Shown one piece after another: positions 38,067-47,815 of a stretch of 64,000 nt of DNA. A program made the translations under genes and the position numbers. How positions within the stretch are numbered: the stretch's first letter is position 1; every line of letters starts with the position of its first letter. Below the pieces are notes generated by a model. That model was given only the letters and a program-made list of their open reading frames with translations. It was not told the DNA's origin and did no database searches. The DNA comes from an uncultured Candidatus Saccharibacteria bacterium (GTDB lineage Bacteria > Patescibacteriota > Doudnabacteria > UBA920), in NCBI GenBank assembly GCA_964490395.1, contig CAZBAS010000005.1:17167-81166 (forward strand), written 5' to 3'.

Positions 38067-38726
38067 ATGACTAACATATTTCTTGGCGGCGGGGGGTCTG
38101 CTATAGACTCCTTGCCGCTCGACCAACACTTTGCCAATCTTTTAGATAAGCAGAAACTGCTTGTCTATATTCCCAACGCCATGACCTCGCGCCCTTTTTC
38201 AGAGTGCATGGAATGGTTTACACATACGTTTGCTCCTTTGGGAGTAAATCGTATAGAAATGTGGGATCGGCTGCAGCCGCAGGCGGATGTTTCCGAGATT
38301 GCGGGAATATATGTGGGCGGCGGCGATACGGGCAGGCTTTTGAAACTGATACGAGAATCGCACTTTTCGGAATACATAGTAGAAGCGGTCAAGTCAGGCG
38401 TGCCAGTCTACGGCGGTAGCGCTGGGGCTATTGTACTTGGCCGTGACATTCGCACTGCGCCAGAAGCGGTTAATCTATCCTTGCAAGATGCAACAGGGTT
38501 AGGTTTGCTTGCTGATGAGTGCGTCGCGTGTCACTATGTCCCAGAACGAGAAACCAGTGTTTGTCACGCTGTATCGTCATTGGGCTACTCTATAATTGCT
38601 ATTCCAGAAAAGTCCGGTTTGTATTATAACGGTCAAGTATATTCGGTTTTCGGAACCGAGTCTGCTTGGCTTTTTTCTATGGATGAGAAAAAAGAACTGC
38701 TGTCAGGGGAGAGTTATACGCTGTAA
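38067..38726 (+). CDS. Peptidase S51 family protein (dipeptidase E / cyanophycinase-like)
   Basis: FLGGGGS, IYVGGGDTGRLL and YGGSAGAIV motifs of the S51 Ser hydrolase family. Confidence 0.7.
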   Translation: MTNIFLGGGGSAIDSLPLDQHFANLLDKQKLLVYIPNAMTSRPFSECMEWFTHTFAPLGVNRIEMWDRLQPQADVSEIAGIYVGGGDTGRLLKLIRESHFSEYIVEAVKSGVPVYGGSAGAIVLGRDIRTAPEAVNLSLQDATGLGLLADECVACHYVPERETSVCHAVSSLGYSIIAIPEKSGLYYNGQVYSVFGTESAWLFSMDEKKELLSGESYTL

Positions 38727-38762
38727 TAATTATTGTATTTTATAAATTTAATTGAATTACCT

Positions 38763-39191
38763 ATGGCAACCATAAACCCTTGGATAAACTTTAACGGGAA
38801 TGCAGAAGAAGCATTTACCTTTTACAAATCCGTCTTTGGTGGGGATTTTGGTAAAATAGTACGGTTTAAAGACCTGGCAAGCGCTGAGTTTCCTGTGCCC
38901 GAAGCAGAAGCAGAGAAGATAATGCTTATTACCTTACCCATTGGTCAGGGTAGTGCGCTCATGGCTAACGACGTACCGGAAGTACTGGGCAAAGTAAACG
39001 AGCGCGAAAACCGCAGCAAGATTTCCGTACGCGCGGAAAGTAAAGAAGAAGCCGACAAACTCTTTACCGGCCTTTCCGCCGGGGGAGAAGTAGAAGGCCC
39101 CATGGGCGACGGCCCCTGGGGGTCCTATGCCGGTATGTTCCGCGACAAATACGGCATTGAGTGGATAATTGAATTTGACCCTAGCAAATAA
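38763..39191 (+). CDS. VOC-family protein, PhnB / 3-demethylubiquinone-9 3-methyltransferase-like domain
   Basis: The PWINFNGNAEEAFTFYKSVFGG N-terminus is typical of the PhnB-like glyoxalase fold. Confidence 0.7.
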   Translation: MATINPWINFNGNAEEAFTFYKSVFGGDFGKIVRFKDLASAEFPVPEAEAEKIMLITLPIGQGSALMANDVPEVLGKVNERENRSKISVRAESKEEADKLFTGLSAGGEVEGPMGDGPWGSYAGMFRDKYGIEWIIEFDPSK

Positions 39192-39204
39192 AGGTTTGTA
39201 GAGC

Positions 39205-39240
39205 CTACAAAAAACACCTGTTTCAAACAGGTGTTTTTTG
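39205..39240. terminator. Bidirectional terminator hairpin
   Basis: aaaaaacacctgtttcaaacaggtgttttttg. Confidence 0.55.
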
Positions 39241-39253
39241 TTATTCTATTGCC

Positions 39254-39949
39254 ATGGAAGATTACAAGACGAGAGCGGTTAATCCGCAACAGTATGATTC
39301 TCCCGACCTGGATTGGAGAATAGACGGAGACGAGAACGCTTATTGGCGCATATTTTTTCGCGACCATTTAAGGCCATTTTTAAATGATCTTCCGGGCAAA
39401 CGAGTTTTGGATATTGGAAGTGGAGTTGGCCAGCTGTTTAATATGCTTAAGGAGTTAGGCGCGGCAGAAATTGTTGGGCTTGAACCATCAAAGAGGAATG
39501 TAGAAGCCTCTCGAAAAACCTACCCTGATATTGTTGTGCTTCAAAAGCCACTTGAACAGTTTAGCTCAGACGCGCAATTCGATGTTGCAATAAGTATTAT
39601 GGTATTTGAGCATATCTCCAATATCGATTTTGCTTTCAGTAAAGTATCCAATTTATTAAAAGGGAAGGGTAGATTCTATTTAATTGTTGGTGATATGGAA
39701 TGCTTTATCCAGTCAATACCAGGAGCGGAGGTAGACGCGCAGCCTTTGCCAGGAGGTGGCTATGCCACAAAAACAGTTAGACCAAATGGAGTAATGTTCG
39801 ATATCTTTCGCCCACTAGCAAGCTATATTAACAGCGCTGAATCGAATGGTTTAAAGCTTGTTGATCAAAAGGGTCTAGTTTCAACCTCCGAGCAGCATAC
39901 ATCCATGGGCGGTAAGCCAATTTGTCATTTGCTAGTTCTTGAGAAATAA
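39254..39949 (+). CDS. Class I SAM-dependent methyltransferase
   Basis: Motif I VLDIGSGVGQL; motif II/post-I acidic residue; 231 aa. Confidence 0.8.
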   Translation: MEDYKTRAVNPQQYDSPDLDWRIDGDENAYWRIFFRDHLRPFLNDLPGKRVLDIGSGVGQLFNMLKELGAAEIVGLEPSKRNVEASRKTYPDIVVLQKPLEQFSSDAQFDVAISIMVFEHISNIDFAFSKVSNLLKGKGRFYLIVGDMECFIQSIPGAEVDAQPLPGGGYATKTVRPNGVMFDIFRPLASYINSAESNGLKLVDQKGLVSTSEQHTSMGGKPICHLLVLEK

Positions 39950-39979
39950 ATTACGGCTTTATAGTACATAGGAAAACAT

Positions 39980-40531
39980 ATGAAAAAACTTATAATGTGG
40001 AACTTGGTTACGCTGGATGGGTATTTTGAGGGGGAGAAGCCGTGGGACTTGGAGTTCCATAACTTAGTGTGGGGCGAAGAGCTGGAAAAGTTTAGCATAG
40101 AGCAACTTAAAACAGTAAGTGCGCTCGTGTTTGGCGAGCGGACCTACAAAGGCATGGCCGACTACTGGACCAAAGCTACAAACGAAGGCGAAGTAACAGG
40201 CTTCATGAACAGCCTGCCAAAAATAGTTTGCTCTACCACATTGCAAACTGCAGACTGGAACAACACCACCATAGTGCGGGACGCAGTTGCCGAACTCACC
40301 AAGCTGAAACAAGAGGGAAGTGGTAACCTGTTTGTGTTTGGGAGTGGCGAACTTTCCGACTCCCTTATGAAGGCCAACCTCTTTGACGAGTACCGCCTCT
40401 GCGTTGTACCCGTCTTCCTCGGCAAAGGCAACCGCCTCTTTAAAGAAGGCCTGCCCTACCAAAAACTCAATCTGTTAGAAACAAAACCCCTCCACACCGG
40501 CGGCGTCATCCTCACTTACGCCTCAGCATAA
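39980..40531 (+). CDS. Dihydrofolate reductase family protein (RibD C-terminal-like)
   Basis: MKKLIMWNLVTLDGYFEG...LFVFGSGEL...PVFLGKGNRLF; a paralog is at 44155-44754. Confidence 0.75.
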   Translation: MKKLIMWNLVTLDGYFEGEKPWDLEFHNLVWGEELEKFSIEQLKTVSALVFGERTYKGMADYWTKATNEGEVTGFMNSLPKIVCSTTLQTADWNNTTIVRDAVAELTKLKQEGSGNLFVFGSGELSDSLMKANLFDEYRLCVVPVFLGKGNRLFKEGLPYQKLNLLETKPLHTGGVILTYASA

Positions 40532-40760
40532 ACCCTAACTTTCAAACAGCACTACATCCGTGGTGCTGTTTTGTTTGCCAAAATTTAGCCCCAGGCGTTT
40601 GGCTGGCTATACTTGGAAAGAATTTCGCGTAGTGCTACAGTTAGGGCAAGTCTGACAATGCTTAGTACTGTTTACTGATATATATTTTTACGAGTCAAAA
40701 ATTTCTCCACAAAGTTGATACGCTATATACCGTATACGTTATTTTTATTTTAAGGCTACT

Positions 40761-42866
40761 ATGGCCTACCAAAATTACGAGAAAAATGAGAGTAAGTTGT
40801 CTCACCATAAGCAGTTTAAGAAGGAGTTAAAACCTCCGCTCCTTACGCTTAATATGACAACCTATTCTTGGATAAATGACCGCATGCCTGAAATGTTATG
40901 GGCGGTTTTAGTCATTGGGAATATAGAAAGAGAAATTGCCTTAAAATTTTTCAGAACTATTGCCGAATTTGTACATAAGAATCCTGACTGTTCAGATGTA
41001 ACACTTACTGGTATTAGCAAATTTCATGAAGAAAAGAAAAAGCAATTTATTCAACTTGCCACAAGCTGGTCAGAGGAAGTAAAAAATGTCTTAAAGCCTT
41101 TGATGTGGCTTGAGCAGCTACCAGCAAAAGAAGTATGGAAGGAATTGCTAGGAGAACCTGCAAGGAAGGATGAAGATTTTAATAAACTAGCCAATGGCGT
41201 ATCTAAGACTTACTGGCACCAATCAGAAGCAGCTACTGACTGTAGATGGATTAAATTTTTGTGCCAGATACTAGGCGGAAAAATGTCTTTTACAAAAGGT
41301 ATGGAAGATAAAGTAAAAGGTGTTTTAGAATATCCAAACTACGGAGATTTGAAAACTATAAGACCCTTTATAAGGGCATCTGAAATTATGCCATCCGACC
41401 CTGATGCGGATAAACCTTTTCATAGTGATTGGTCATTTAATTTTTGGCAACAATGTTTTGATGAAACTGGTTGTCTCCCAGAAGAGAAGGTTAGTCAGAA
41501 AATCCGAAAGAAACAAGACGATTTGTTTCAAGAAATGAAAAAATCAAGAGAGTTTAGATTAAAGCAAATAGTTGATGTAAGACATAATTTAATTGAACAC
41601 TCGATTAAGGAGTCAAAAATTTCTTCTGTAGATGCAAGACATGAAGGAAGTTTTGGTTTGGCTTTGTATGGTCTCTCTCTGTATATTGAAATTATTTTTT
41701 ATACAGTATCACTCTCGATTACGGGCAGATTGGCTATGCGAGCTTTAGTAGAGTGTTATATAACATTTAAGTATTTATTACAAAAGGAAAAAAGTGAGCC
41801 AGCCATATGGGACACTTATCGCGAGTACGGAAACGGGCAACTAAAGCTGCTTTATCTAAAACTCAAAGAAATGAACCAGAAGATAGGAAGTATTGAAATT
41901 GATACACTAGACGAATTAGCGAATGAAGATAAATCGGTTGAGTTTGTTCCTATAAATCTAGGGAATTGGGACTCTGAAAATTTGAGAAAAATGGGCGCAG
42001 AAGCTGGGCTTAAAGATTTATACGATAAATACTATAGCTATACATCTGGTTTCATGCATGGAAGCTGGGGAGCTGTCAGAGAGTCTATTTACCAAAAGTG
42101 CGTAAATCCTCTTCATAGATTTCACAGAATACCTATTTTTGATATGCCTTTAATGTCGAGTGTGGTTGACGATGCAACAGAAATTATGAATGGCATCCTA
42201 GAATGTTTGTCAGTAGCATATCCTAAATTTGATGATAGATTATTAAATTCTGATAGCCTAGACAAAACAGAGGCTAAGTCAGAAGAACTAAGCCCTCAAC
42301 CAATTAAAGCAAGTAGCATCGCTAAGGGAATACATCATAGCATTAAAAATGCGGAAAGATATGTTCAGTCAGCTAAGGAGCTGAAAACTAAAGATAAACA
42401 GGCTGCCTATCTCTTATTTCTTTATGCGCTAGAAGAAATGGGAAAAGTTCCTTTAATTTGGAATGCTTTATTTCATACAGAAACAAAGAGTGAATGGCTA
42501 AAGTGGCAAAGAAGGTTCAAAGACCATGCAGAAAAATTTTGGTTTAGTAGAGATCTTGAAGATTTTGATGAGAGGAAATTATCTAACAAAGAAAATAAGG
42601 CGGAAACAAAAATGGCAGCTAAAAAACTAGATGTATCTTACGTTAGCTTTGATGGTGAATTTCAACCCCCTGAAGATGTAGGCGAAGAGGAATTGGCGAA
42701 GATAGAGTTAAATTGCGAACGCAGAATCGCGTTCTTAAAAAGAAATCATAAATCAATTGAAGAGGACGAAAAAAGAATTGTAGAAGGTTATAAAAAAATG
42801 AAAGGTCTGACACAGGAAGAATTGAAAGAAATGATCAAGAACATGCAAAAAGAAAAATCGGATTAG
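40761..42866 (+). CDS. Large AT-rich, Lys-rich orphan protein (701 aa), unknown function
   Basis: About 35% GC against about 48% in its flanks; no family recognised; internal R-x5-H (VRHNLIEH) and a C-terminal K/E-rich coiled-coil-like tail. Confidence 0.6.
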   Translation: MAYQNYEKNESKLSHHKQFKKELKPPLLTLNMTTYSWINDRMPEMLWAVLVIGNIEREIALKFFRTIAEFVHKNPDCSDVTLTGISKFHEEKKKQFIQLATSWSEEVKNVLKPLMWLEQLPAKEVWKELLGEPARKDEDFNKLANGVSKTYWHQSEAATDCRWIKFLCQILGGKMSFTKGMEDKVKGVLEYPNYGDLKTIRPFIRASEIMPSDPDADKPFHSDWSFNFWQQCFDETGCLPEEKVSQKIRKKQDDLFQEMKKSREFRLKQIVDVRHNLIEHSIKESKISSVDARHEGSFGLALYGLSLYIEIIFYTVSLSITGRLAMRALVECYITFKYLLQKEKSEPAIWDTYREYGNGQLKLLYLKLKEMNQKIGSIEIDTLDELANEDKSVEFVPINLGNWDSENLRKMGAEAGLKDLYDKYYSYTSGFMHGSWGAVRESIYQKCVNPLHRFHRIPIFDMPLMSSVVDDATEIMNGILECLSVAYPKFDDRLLNSDSLDKTEAKSEELSPQPIKASSIAKGIHHSIKNAERYVQSAKELKTKDKQAAYLLFLYALEEMGKVPLIWNALFHTETKSEWLKWQRRFKDHAEKFWFSRDLEDFDERKLSNKENKAETKMAAKKLDVSYVSFDGEFQPPEDVGEEELAKIELNCERRIAFLKRNHKSIEEDEKRIVEGYKKMKGLTQEELKEMIKNMQKEKSD

Positions 42867-43181
42867 ATTAAGTGGTAAATTTATTTAACTTCCTCACCTT
42901 GTACAATCGCTAAATTGTAAACTGACCGAAATTCCCCATGTTGTTAACATAATTCGAGCCACAAAAAAACATCAGGATGCGCGGTGTTTTTATGTTTTTG
43001 GTGTAGTAGTTCGTAGAGGATTGAAAATGTTATAATACCACTGTGAATACTATTAAAAATGCACAACGAGTATATTGCAAGGACCGGGTGGCGTGGCGGT
43101 TGTGGTCGGTGTATGACAGGAACCATGGCCGCAGGCAGGAATATTAAGGCTAATCATTATAGGCAATAACGCATACTATAT

Positions 43182-43634
43182 ATGTCTCCATACAAACACA
43201 CGCAAGTTAGTTGGTTTGTGATTACCATTACCCTAGTGGTGCTGGTGTTTTTTGGGTGGCTGCAAGTGACTAGCAGACTGGAGCCGGCATCAGCTGACTC
43301 GGGTGCAAACTTTTTGGTAACGGCGGTAATGGCGCTGGTCTTGTTTGTGCTGGCGTCTTTTTCTTCGCTTACCGTAAGTGTGGACGAGCAGAGTGTAAAA
43401 ATTCGTTTTGGCTGGGGCATTTTTCGGAAAACTTTCTTACTTGCCCAAGTTGCTACAGTTAAGCAAGTACAAAACCCCTGGTACTACAGCTGGGGCATAC
43501 ACTATTGGCTATGGCCTAAAATGTGGGTTTTTAACATTGCCGGCTTAGGCGCAGTGGAACTTACTATGAAAAACGGGAAAATCTTTCGCATAGGCACAAA
43601 CGAACCAGAAAAACTTGAGAGTGCCATTAAGTAG
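43182..43634 (+). CDS. Membrane protein with a bacterial PH-like domain
   Basis: Two N-terminal TM helices followed by a YcxB/bPH-like C-terminal region. Confidence 0.5.
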   Translation: MSPYKHTQVSWFVITITLVVLVFFGWLQVTSRLEPASADSGANFLVTAVMALVLFVLASFSSLTVSVDEQSVKIRFGWGIFRKTFLLAQVATVKQVQNPWYYSWGIHYWLWPKMWVFNIAGLGAVELTMKNGKIFRIGTNEPEKLESAIK

Positions 43635-43678
43635 GATGTACATTCCTAGCTAGTAAACTGTAACAACGAGTATATTTT

Positions 43679-44134
43679 ATGGCAGAAATAAAGACCAAGG
43701 CGACTAAGGAGAGTGCGACTAATTTTTTGAACACTATTACGCCGGACGAGAAAAAGAAGGATGCTTTGGCGCTGCTTAAATTGTTCAAAGACGTTACCGG
43801 AGAGAAGCCGGTTATGTGGGGCCCGAGCATTGTAGGGTTTGGGAAGTACCATTACAAGTCTGATAAGAGTAGCCAGGAAGGCGATTGGTTCCATGTGGGC
43901 TTTTCTCCAAGAAAGCAAAACTTAACGCTCTATATATTGGCGTGGAAAGCAGAGGAGCCAAAGGAGTTGGCTAAGCTTGGGAAGTTTAAACGAGGCGGCG
44001 GGTGTTTGTATATAAACAAGCTCGTGGACATAGACCAGAAAGTTTTAGCCAAGCTTATAAAAGACATATATATGTACCGGAAGAAAATCCACAAAAAAGA
44101 AGAACGATTGCGCGATGTTAAAGATGCTAAATAG
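43679..44134 (+). CDS. DUF1801 (YdhG-like) family protein
   Basis: FL..I..DEKKKDAL.LL.LF..VTGE.PVMWGPSIVGFGKYHYK...G.W...GFSPRK. Confidence 0.65.
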   Translation: MAEIKTKATKESATNFLNTITPDEKKKDALALLKLFKDVTGEKPVMWGPSIVGFGKYHYKSDKSSQEGDWFHVGFSPRKQNLTLYILAWKAEEPKELAKLGKFKRGGGCLYINKLVDIDQKVLAKLIKDIYMYRKKIHKKEERLRDVKDAK

Positions 44135-44154
44135 AGTTTAATCTGGGAAAACAT

Positions 44155-44754
44155 ATGAGAAAAATAATTGTAATAGAGTTCATAAGTTTAGATGGCGTTA
44201 TGCAGGCACCGGGTGCTCGTGAAGAAGACACTTCCGGAGGTTTTACATTTGGCGGCTGGACGGTTCCTCTTGGAGACGGGTTTTTGGAAGAGGTTATGCA
44301 AGAGCAAATGCAAGGGCCTTACGAATTGCTTTTAGGTCGTAAAACGTACGATATTTTTGCTGGGTACTGGCCGGAGCACGAGTCTGGTTGGCCGGGGGTG
44401 AACAAGTCTAAAAAATATGTTGTTTCTAGTAGCTTTACAAACCCAACGTGGGAGAATACCGTTGTGATACAGAGTAATGTTGTAGAAGAATTGAAGAGAC
44501 TAAAAAGTCAGGACGGGCCAAACCTGCATGTGTGGGGGAGCGGCAACCTTGTTCAAACATTGCTGAAAAATGATTTGGTTGATGAATTGTGGTTGAAGAC
44601 TTATCCTCTTACGCTCGGAGCAGGTAAGCGTTTATTTGCAGAAGGCACTATTCCGGCAGCTTTCAAGCTAATGGAGTGCAAAACTTCGCCAAAAGGGGTT
44701 GTTGTTGCAAACTACGAACGCGCAGGAGAGGTGCAGACTGGTTCTTACGTCTAA
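44155..44754 (+). CDS. Dihydrofolate reductase family protein (RibD C-terminal-like), second copy
   Basis: MRKIIVIEFISLDGVMQAPG...LHVWGSGNLVQTLL. Confidence 0.75.
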   Translation: MRKIIVIEFISLDGVMQAPGAREEDTSGGFTFGGWTVPLGDGFLEEVMQEQMQGPYELLLGRKTYDIFAGYWPEHESGWPGVNKSKKYVVSSSFTNPTWENTVVIQSNVVEELKRLKSQDGPNLHVWGSGNLVQTLLKNDLVDELWLKTYPLTLGAGKRLFAEGTIPAAFKLMECKTSPKGVVVANYERAGEVQTGSYV

Positions 44755-44994
44755 TGTTGGGAAAGTCTACCAGGTAAGTGTGAGTTGAGGAGTTAAGACT
44801 AGTGCTGCGGATGCAGAATAAAAATATAATCATCTACCTTTGTGCGGGAGGGTTGGCATTTCTCTTCCCGTGGAGTATTTGGCTCGTGAATACGCAGGTA
44901 TAATATAGTGGTTTTTAGCTTTGTAATATGAAAAAAACACCAGTGTTAAATCTGGTGTTTTTGGTATAATAGAGAAAAGCATTAACAACGAAAC

Positions 44995-45414
44995 ATGCAA
45001 CTAAATTACACGGCTATACTTATAGCCACAATAGCTCAGTTTATTTTTGGGGCCATTTGGTACACACCCATTTTTGGTAAGCTCTGGGGGAAAATTCACG
45101 AGTTCGACAAAGTCCCGGCCGACAAGCAAAAGGAAATGATGAAAAACATGTGGAAGCCCTTGCTGGTCCAGCTCATTGTTACGTTCATAACTAGCTTCGT
45201 GTTTGCCTTGCTCTTGAACGGTTTCCCAGCAGAGTGGAATGTGTATGGCCTGGCTTTCTTCTTCTGGCTTGGGTTTATTTTCCCAACCCAGGTGGCCGCA
45301 GTTTTATTTGGCGGTACCAAACCAGAGTGGGTCATAACCAAAATAGCTATTATGGCAGGCGCGGCTCTCGGCTGCATGGAAATAGCTGCTGTTGTGTTTA
45401 AGTGGATGATGTAA
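44995..45414 (+). CDS. DUF1761-family membrane protein
   Basis: Four TM segments; N-terminus AILIATIAQFIFGAIWYTPIFGKLW. Confidence 0.55.
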   Translation: MQLNYTAILIATIAQFIFGAIWYTPIFGKLWGKIHEFDKVPADKQKEMMKNMWKPLLVQLIVTFITSFVFALLLNGFPAEWNVYGLAFFFWLGFIFPTQVAAVLFGGTKPEWVITKIAIMAGAALGCMEIAAVVFKWMM

Positions 45415-45442
45415 TACAGAGCTAACTCAATAACTCAAAAGG

Positions 45443-45479
45443 GTTACCCTTTGTTTAGTGCAAAGGGTAACCCTTTTTG
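45443..45479. terminator. Two adjacent copies of the AAAGGGT(A/T)ACCCTTT hairpin
   Basis: aaaagggttaccctttg and caaagggtaaccctttttg; the same palindrome recurs at 50008-50024. Confidence 0.5.
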
Positions 45480-45579
45480 TCTTTTAACATGGTTTAGTTT
45501 GTTGTTAGAGTAACGCTTTAGCCTTCTGTAAGCCCTGTTCATGGTGAAGTCAAAATTGTGCTACTATGGAGGCACAGGT

Positions 45580-46323
45580 ATGCATATTCAAACTGTGTTA
45601 CATCAGCTGGGGTATCCTATGAACCAGGTAAAAATTTACTTGGCATGTTTGAGAATGGGCGAGGGGACCATTGCAGATGTGGCGGAGCAGGTAAAGATGC
45701 CTCGCACTACCGTTACCGAGCTCGTTTCGGAAATGCATAAACAAGGACTCATAAATTACTATACCAAGAAGAATAGGAAATTCTGGGTGGCGGAAAACCC
45801 CGATAAACTTATGGTTATGGTAAAAGAGCGGGAGGTGGGACTTAAGGCAGTTTTGCCGCAGCTGCATGCAATGATGTTCGATAGTGGTGCGGCCAAGCCA
45901 AGCATTCGTTTGTATATAGGCATGAAAGAAGTGCAAAGCATGCTCGACGACATGATAGACACACAGCACAACATTATGGCGGTGGTGTCCTGGGACGATT
46001 GGAAAGAGTTTTTTGATGAGGACTATGTGGACGGGCTTATAGAACGTCGCCGCAGTCACTTTTTGCACATGCGGCTCATAACCCCAAAGTCTGAGTTGGC
46101 CATAGCGCTGAAGAGCCGGGATGGTGAAGAGCTAAGGCAGACCAAATTTTTGCCAGAGCACATTACGCTTCGGCATACTTCTACATTCATTTACGACAAC
46201 AAAGTAACCTTGCTTTCTTTAAATCGCAAGCAGCCAACGGGTATACTCATACAAGACCCCGATGTAGTGCATGGCCAGACCATATATTTTGAAAGCTTGT
46301 GGCGCCATAGTACCGACAGCTAA
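45580..46323 (+). CDS. TrmB-family transcriptional regulator, second copy
   Basis: wHTH QVKIYLACLRMGEGTIADVAEQVKMPRTTVTELVSEMHKQGLI; ATG at 45580. Confidence 0.6.
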   Translation: MHIQTVLHQLGYPMNQVKIYLACLRMGEGTIADVAEQVKMPRTTVTELVSEMHKQGLINYYTKKNRKFWVAENPDKLMVMVKEREVGLKAVLPQLHAMMFDSGAAKPSIRLYIGMKEVQSMLDDMIDTQHNIMAVVSWDDWKEFFDEDYVDGLIERRRSHFLHMRLITPKSELAIALKSRDGEELRQTKFLPEHITLRHTSTFIYDNKVTLLSLNRKQPTGILIQDPDVVHGQTIYFESLWRHSTDS

Positions 46324-46499
46324 GTTTTGTCTCCAAGAGTTTTGTGAGGTAGTGCAGCACGTCTTACAATAACGACAAAAACGTTGCCGTGCGGTGTTGC
46401 GGAGCGCTCATGGCTTTTTATAGTTTATGATATGCTTCAAGCAGAATTTGCAAATAATGCATTTTGAGAAATAAAAACGTCATTTAGAAAATACTTTTT

Positions 46500-46688
46500 T
46501 AGAAAGCAACACACATAGAGACTGTTACTGAAATACTTTTTACTGAAGAAGATGGCAAAACTAAAGTAAATCTTACCTCTGCAATACTTAAAACTGGCCC
46601 TGCTGCTGGTATGGCTGTGCAAGGTATGCAGCACGGTTTTACTCAGCAACTCGAAAAGCTCCATGCCTTCCTTTCCGCGATGGAGTAA
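46500..46688 (+). pseudogene. 3' fragment of an SRPBCC/AHSA1-family gene
   Basis: An in-frame ORF with no start encodes ...ETVTEILFTEEDGKTKVNLTSAILKTGPAAGMAVQGMQHGFTQQLEKLHAFLSAME, which matches the Aha1-domain C-terminus; a stop lies immediately upstream. Confidence 0.4.
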
Positions 46689-46702
46689 TATATAGTATTT
46701 AT

Positions 46703-46972
46703 ATGAGCACACAGGAAAAAACTACAGAAAAAATGCCACACACCGTACCTCCTGACCTGCGAAGGGCGGTGGCCGCTAACGCGAAAGTGCAAAAATTGTG
46801 GGACGACATAACTCCACTCGCGCGCAATGAGTGGGTGTGCTGGGTTGTGTCCGGCAAAATGGAAAAGACGCGTGACATTCGTATAGAGAAAGCTATTTCT
46901 AAAATGAAAGGTGGCATGCGTCGGCCGTGCTGCTGGATGGGGTGCCCCCACCGCGCTAAGCGCGGTAACTGA
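46703..46972 (+). CDS. YdeI/OmpD-associated family protein
   Basis: ...LWDDITPLARNEWVCWV..GK..ETR..RIEK... Confidence 0.5.
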   Translation: MSTQEKTTEKMPHTVPPDLRRAVAANAKVQKLWDDITPLARNEWVCWVVSGKMEKTRDIRIEKAISKMKGGMRRPCCWMGCPHRAKRGN

Positions 46973-47141
46973 CACGCTCAGCGTGTGCATAGGACCGATA
47001 AAGCAGTAAGCCCTTCTGCGCAGTGGGTTTTAAGTAAACAATCTAAGAAAACGAAGTAGTACCAAACAAGGACCACCCTCGCGCCGCGCGAAGGCGGCCC
47101 TTGTTCTCAAGACTGGTGTTTGTTGTTACCATAAAACTACT

Positions 47142-47330
47142 ATGAAAACTACTCAAAAAAAGGAATTGAAAAACGGAGTCCAATGTAAAGTTGTAGCCGG
47201 TACACATACAGGCAAATCTGGAATAGTACAAGATATGCACACCAGCAAAACTGGCGCGGTAACCATTACCGTACTACAAGCAAACGGCGTGCGTTTTAAA
47301 ACCTTGGCTAAAAGTATCGAAATAATATAA
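47142..47330 (+). CDS. Small KOW-like protein (hypothetical)
   Basis: 62 aa; GVQCKVVAGTHTGKSGIVQDM resembles a KOW motif. Confidence 0.4.
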   Translation: MKTTQKKELKNGVQCKVVAGTHTGKSGIVQDMHTSKTGAVTITVLQANGVRFKTLAKSIEII

Positions 47331-47442
47331 TCCACTCTATAGTGGGGCCCCCCGTTTTCACGAAGGCGACTCTTGTAGGAACTTTAGAAAGATTTTAAAA
47401 ATCCCACGAAGCCTGGTCACAGGCTTCGTGGGGGCTGAATGA

Positions 47443-47622
47443 TCAGCTAGATTGTTTTTTCTTTTTCTTGCACTTGCCACTGCCATTGCAGTGTCCGCAT
47501 AGTTTTGCGGTTCCGACTTCCTGCGCCCTCTGTCCTATTCCTTGGCACATTGCGCAGTAGTTTTTACTACAAAACTGTTTGCACATTTGCGTAAGCAGTG
47601 TTTCTATCGGCAGGCGTTTCAT
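47443..47622 (-). CDS. Small Cys-rich protein (59 aa), putative zinc-binding
   Basis: Not in the ORF track (below 60 aa). MKRLPIETLLTQMCKQFCSKNYCAMCQGIGQRAQEVGTAKLCGHCNGSGKCKKKKKQSS; aaggag SD 7 nt upstream; a terminator hairpin lies at 47398-47432. Confidence 0.4.
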   Translation of the reverse strand: MKRLPIETLLTQMCKQFCSKNYCAMCQGIGQRAQEVGTAKLCGHCNGSGKCKKKKKQSS

Positions 47623-47815
47623 ACATTTTTTCTCCTTTCGTTTTGTATGCGCCTACCGAAACGCAAGTCAGTAACGAGCTTAGTATAGCGATGTCGCACG
47701 GATTTCGCAAGTTGGTTATTGAGTTGGTATGAGGGCGAGTACTCTAGGAGTCGTCTAACGGGCGCGGCCTTTGAGGTGGGTTGCTCAACGTATGTTGTTC
47801 AGTTATTATGGTTCT

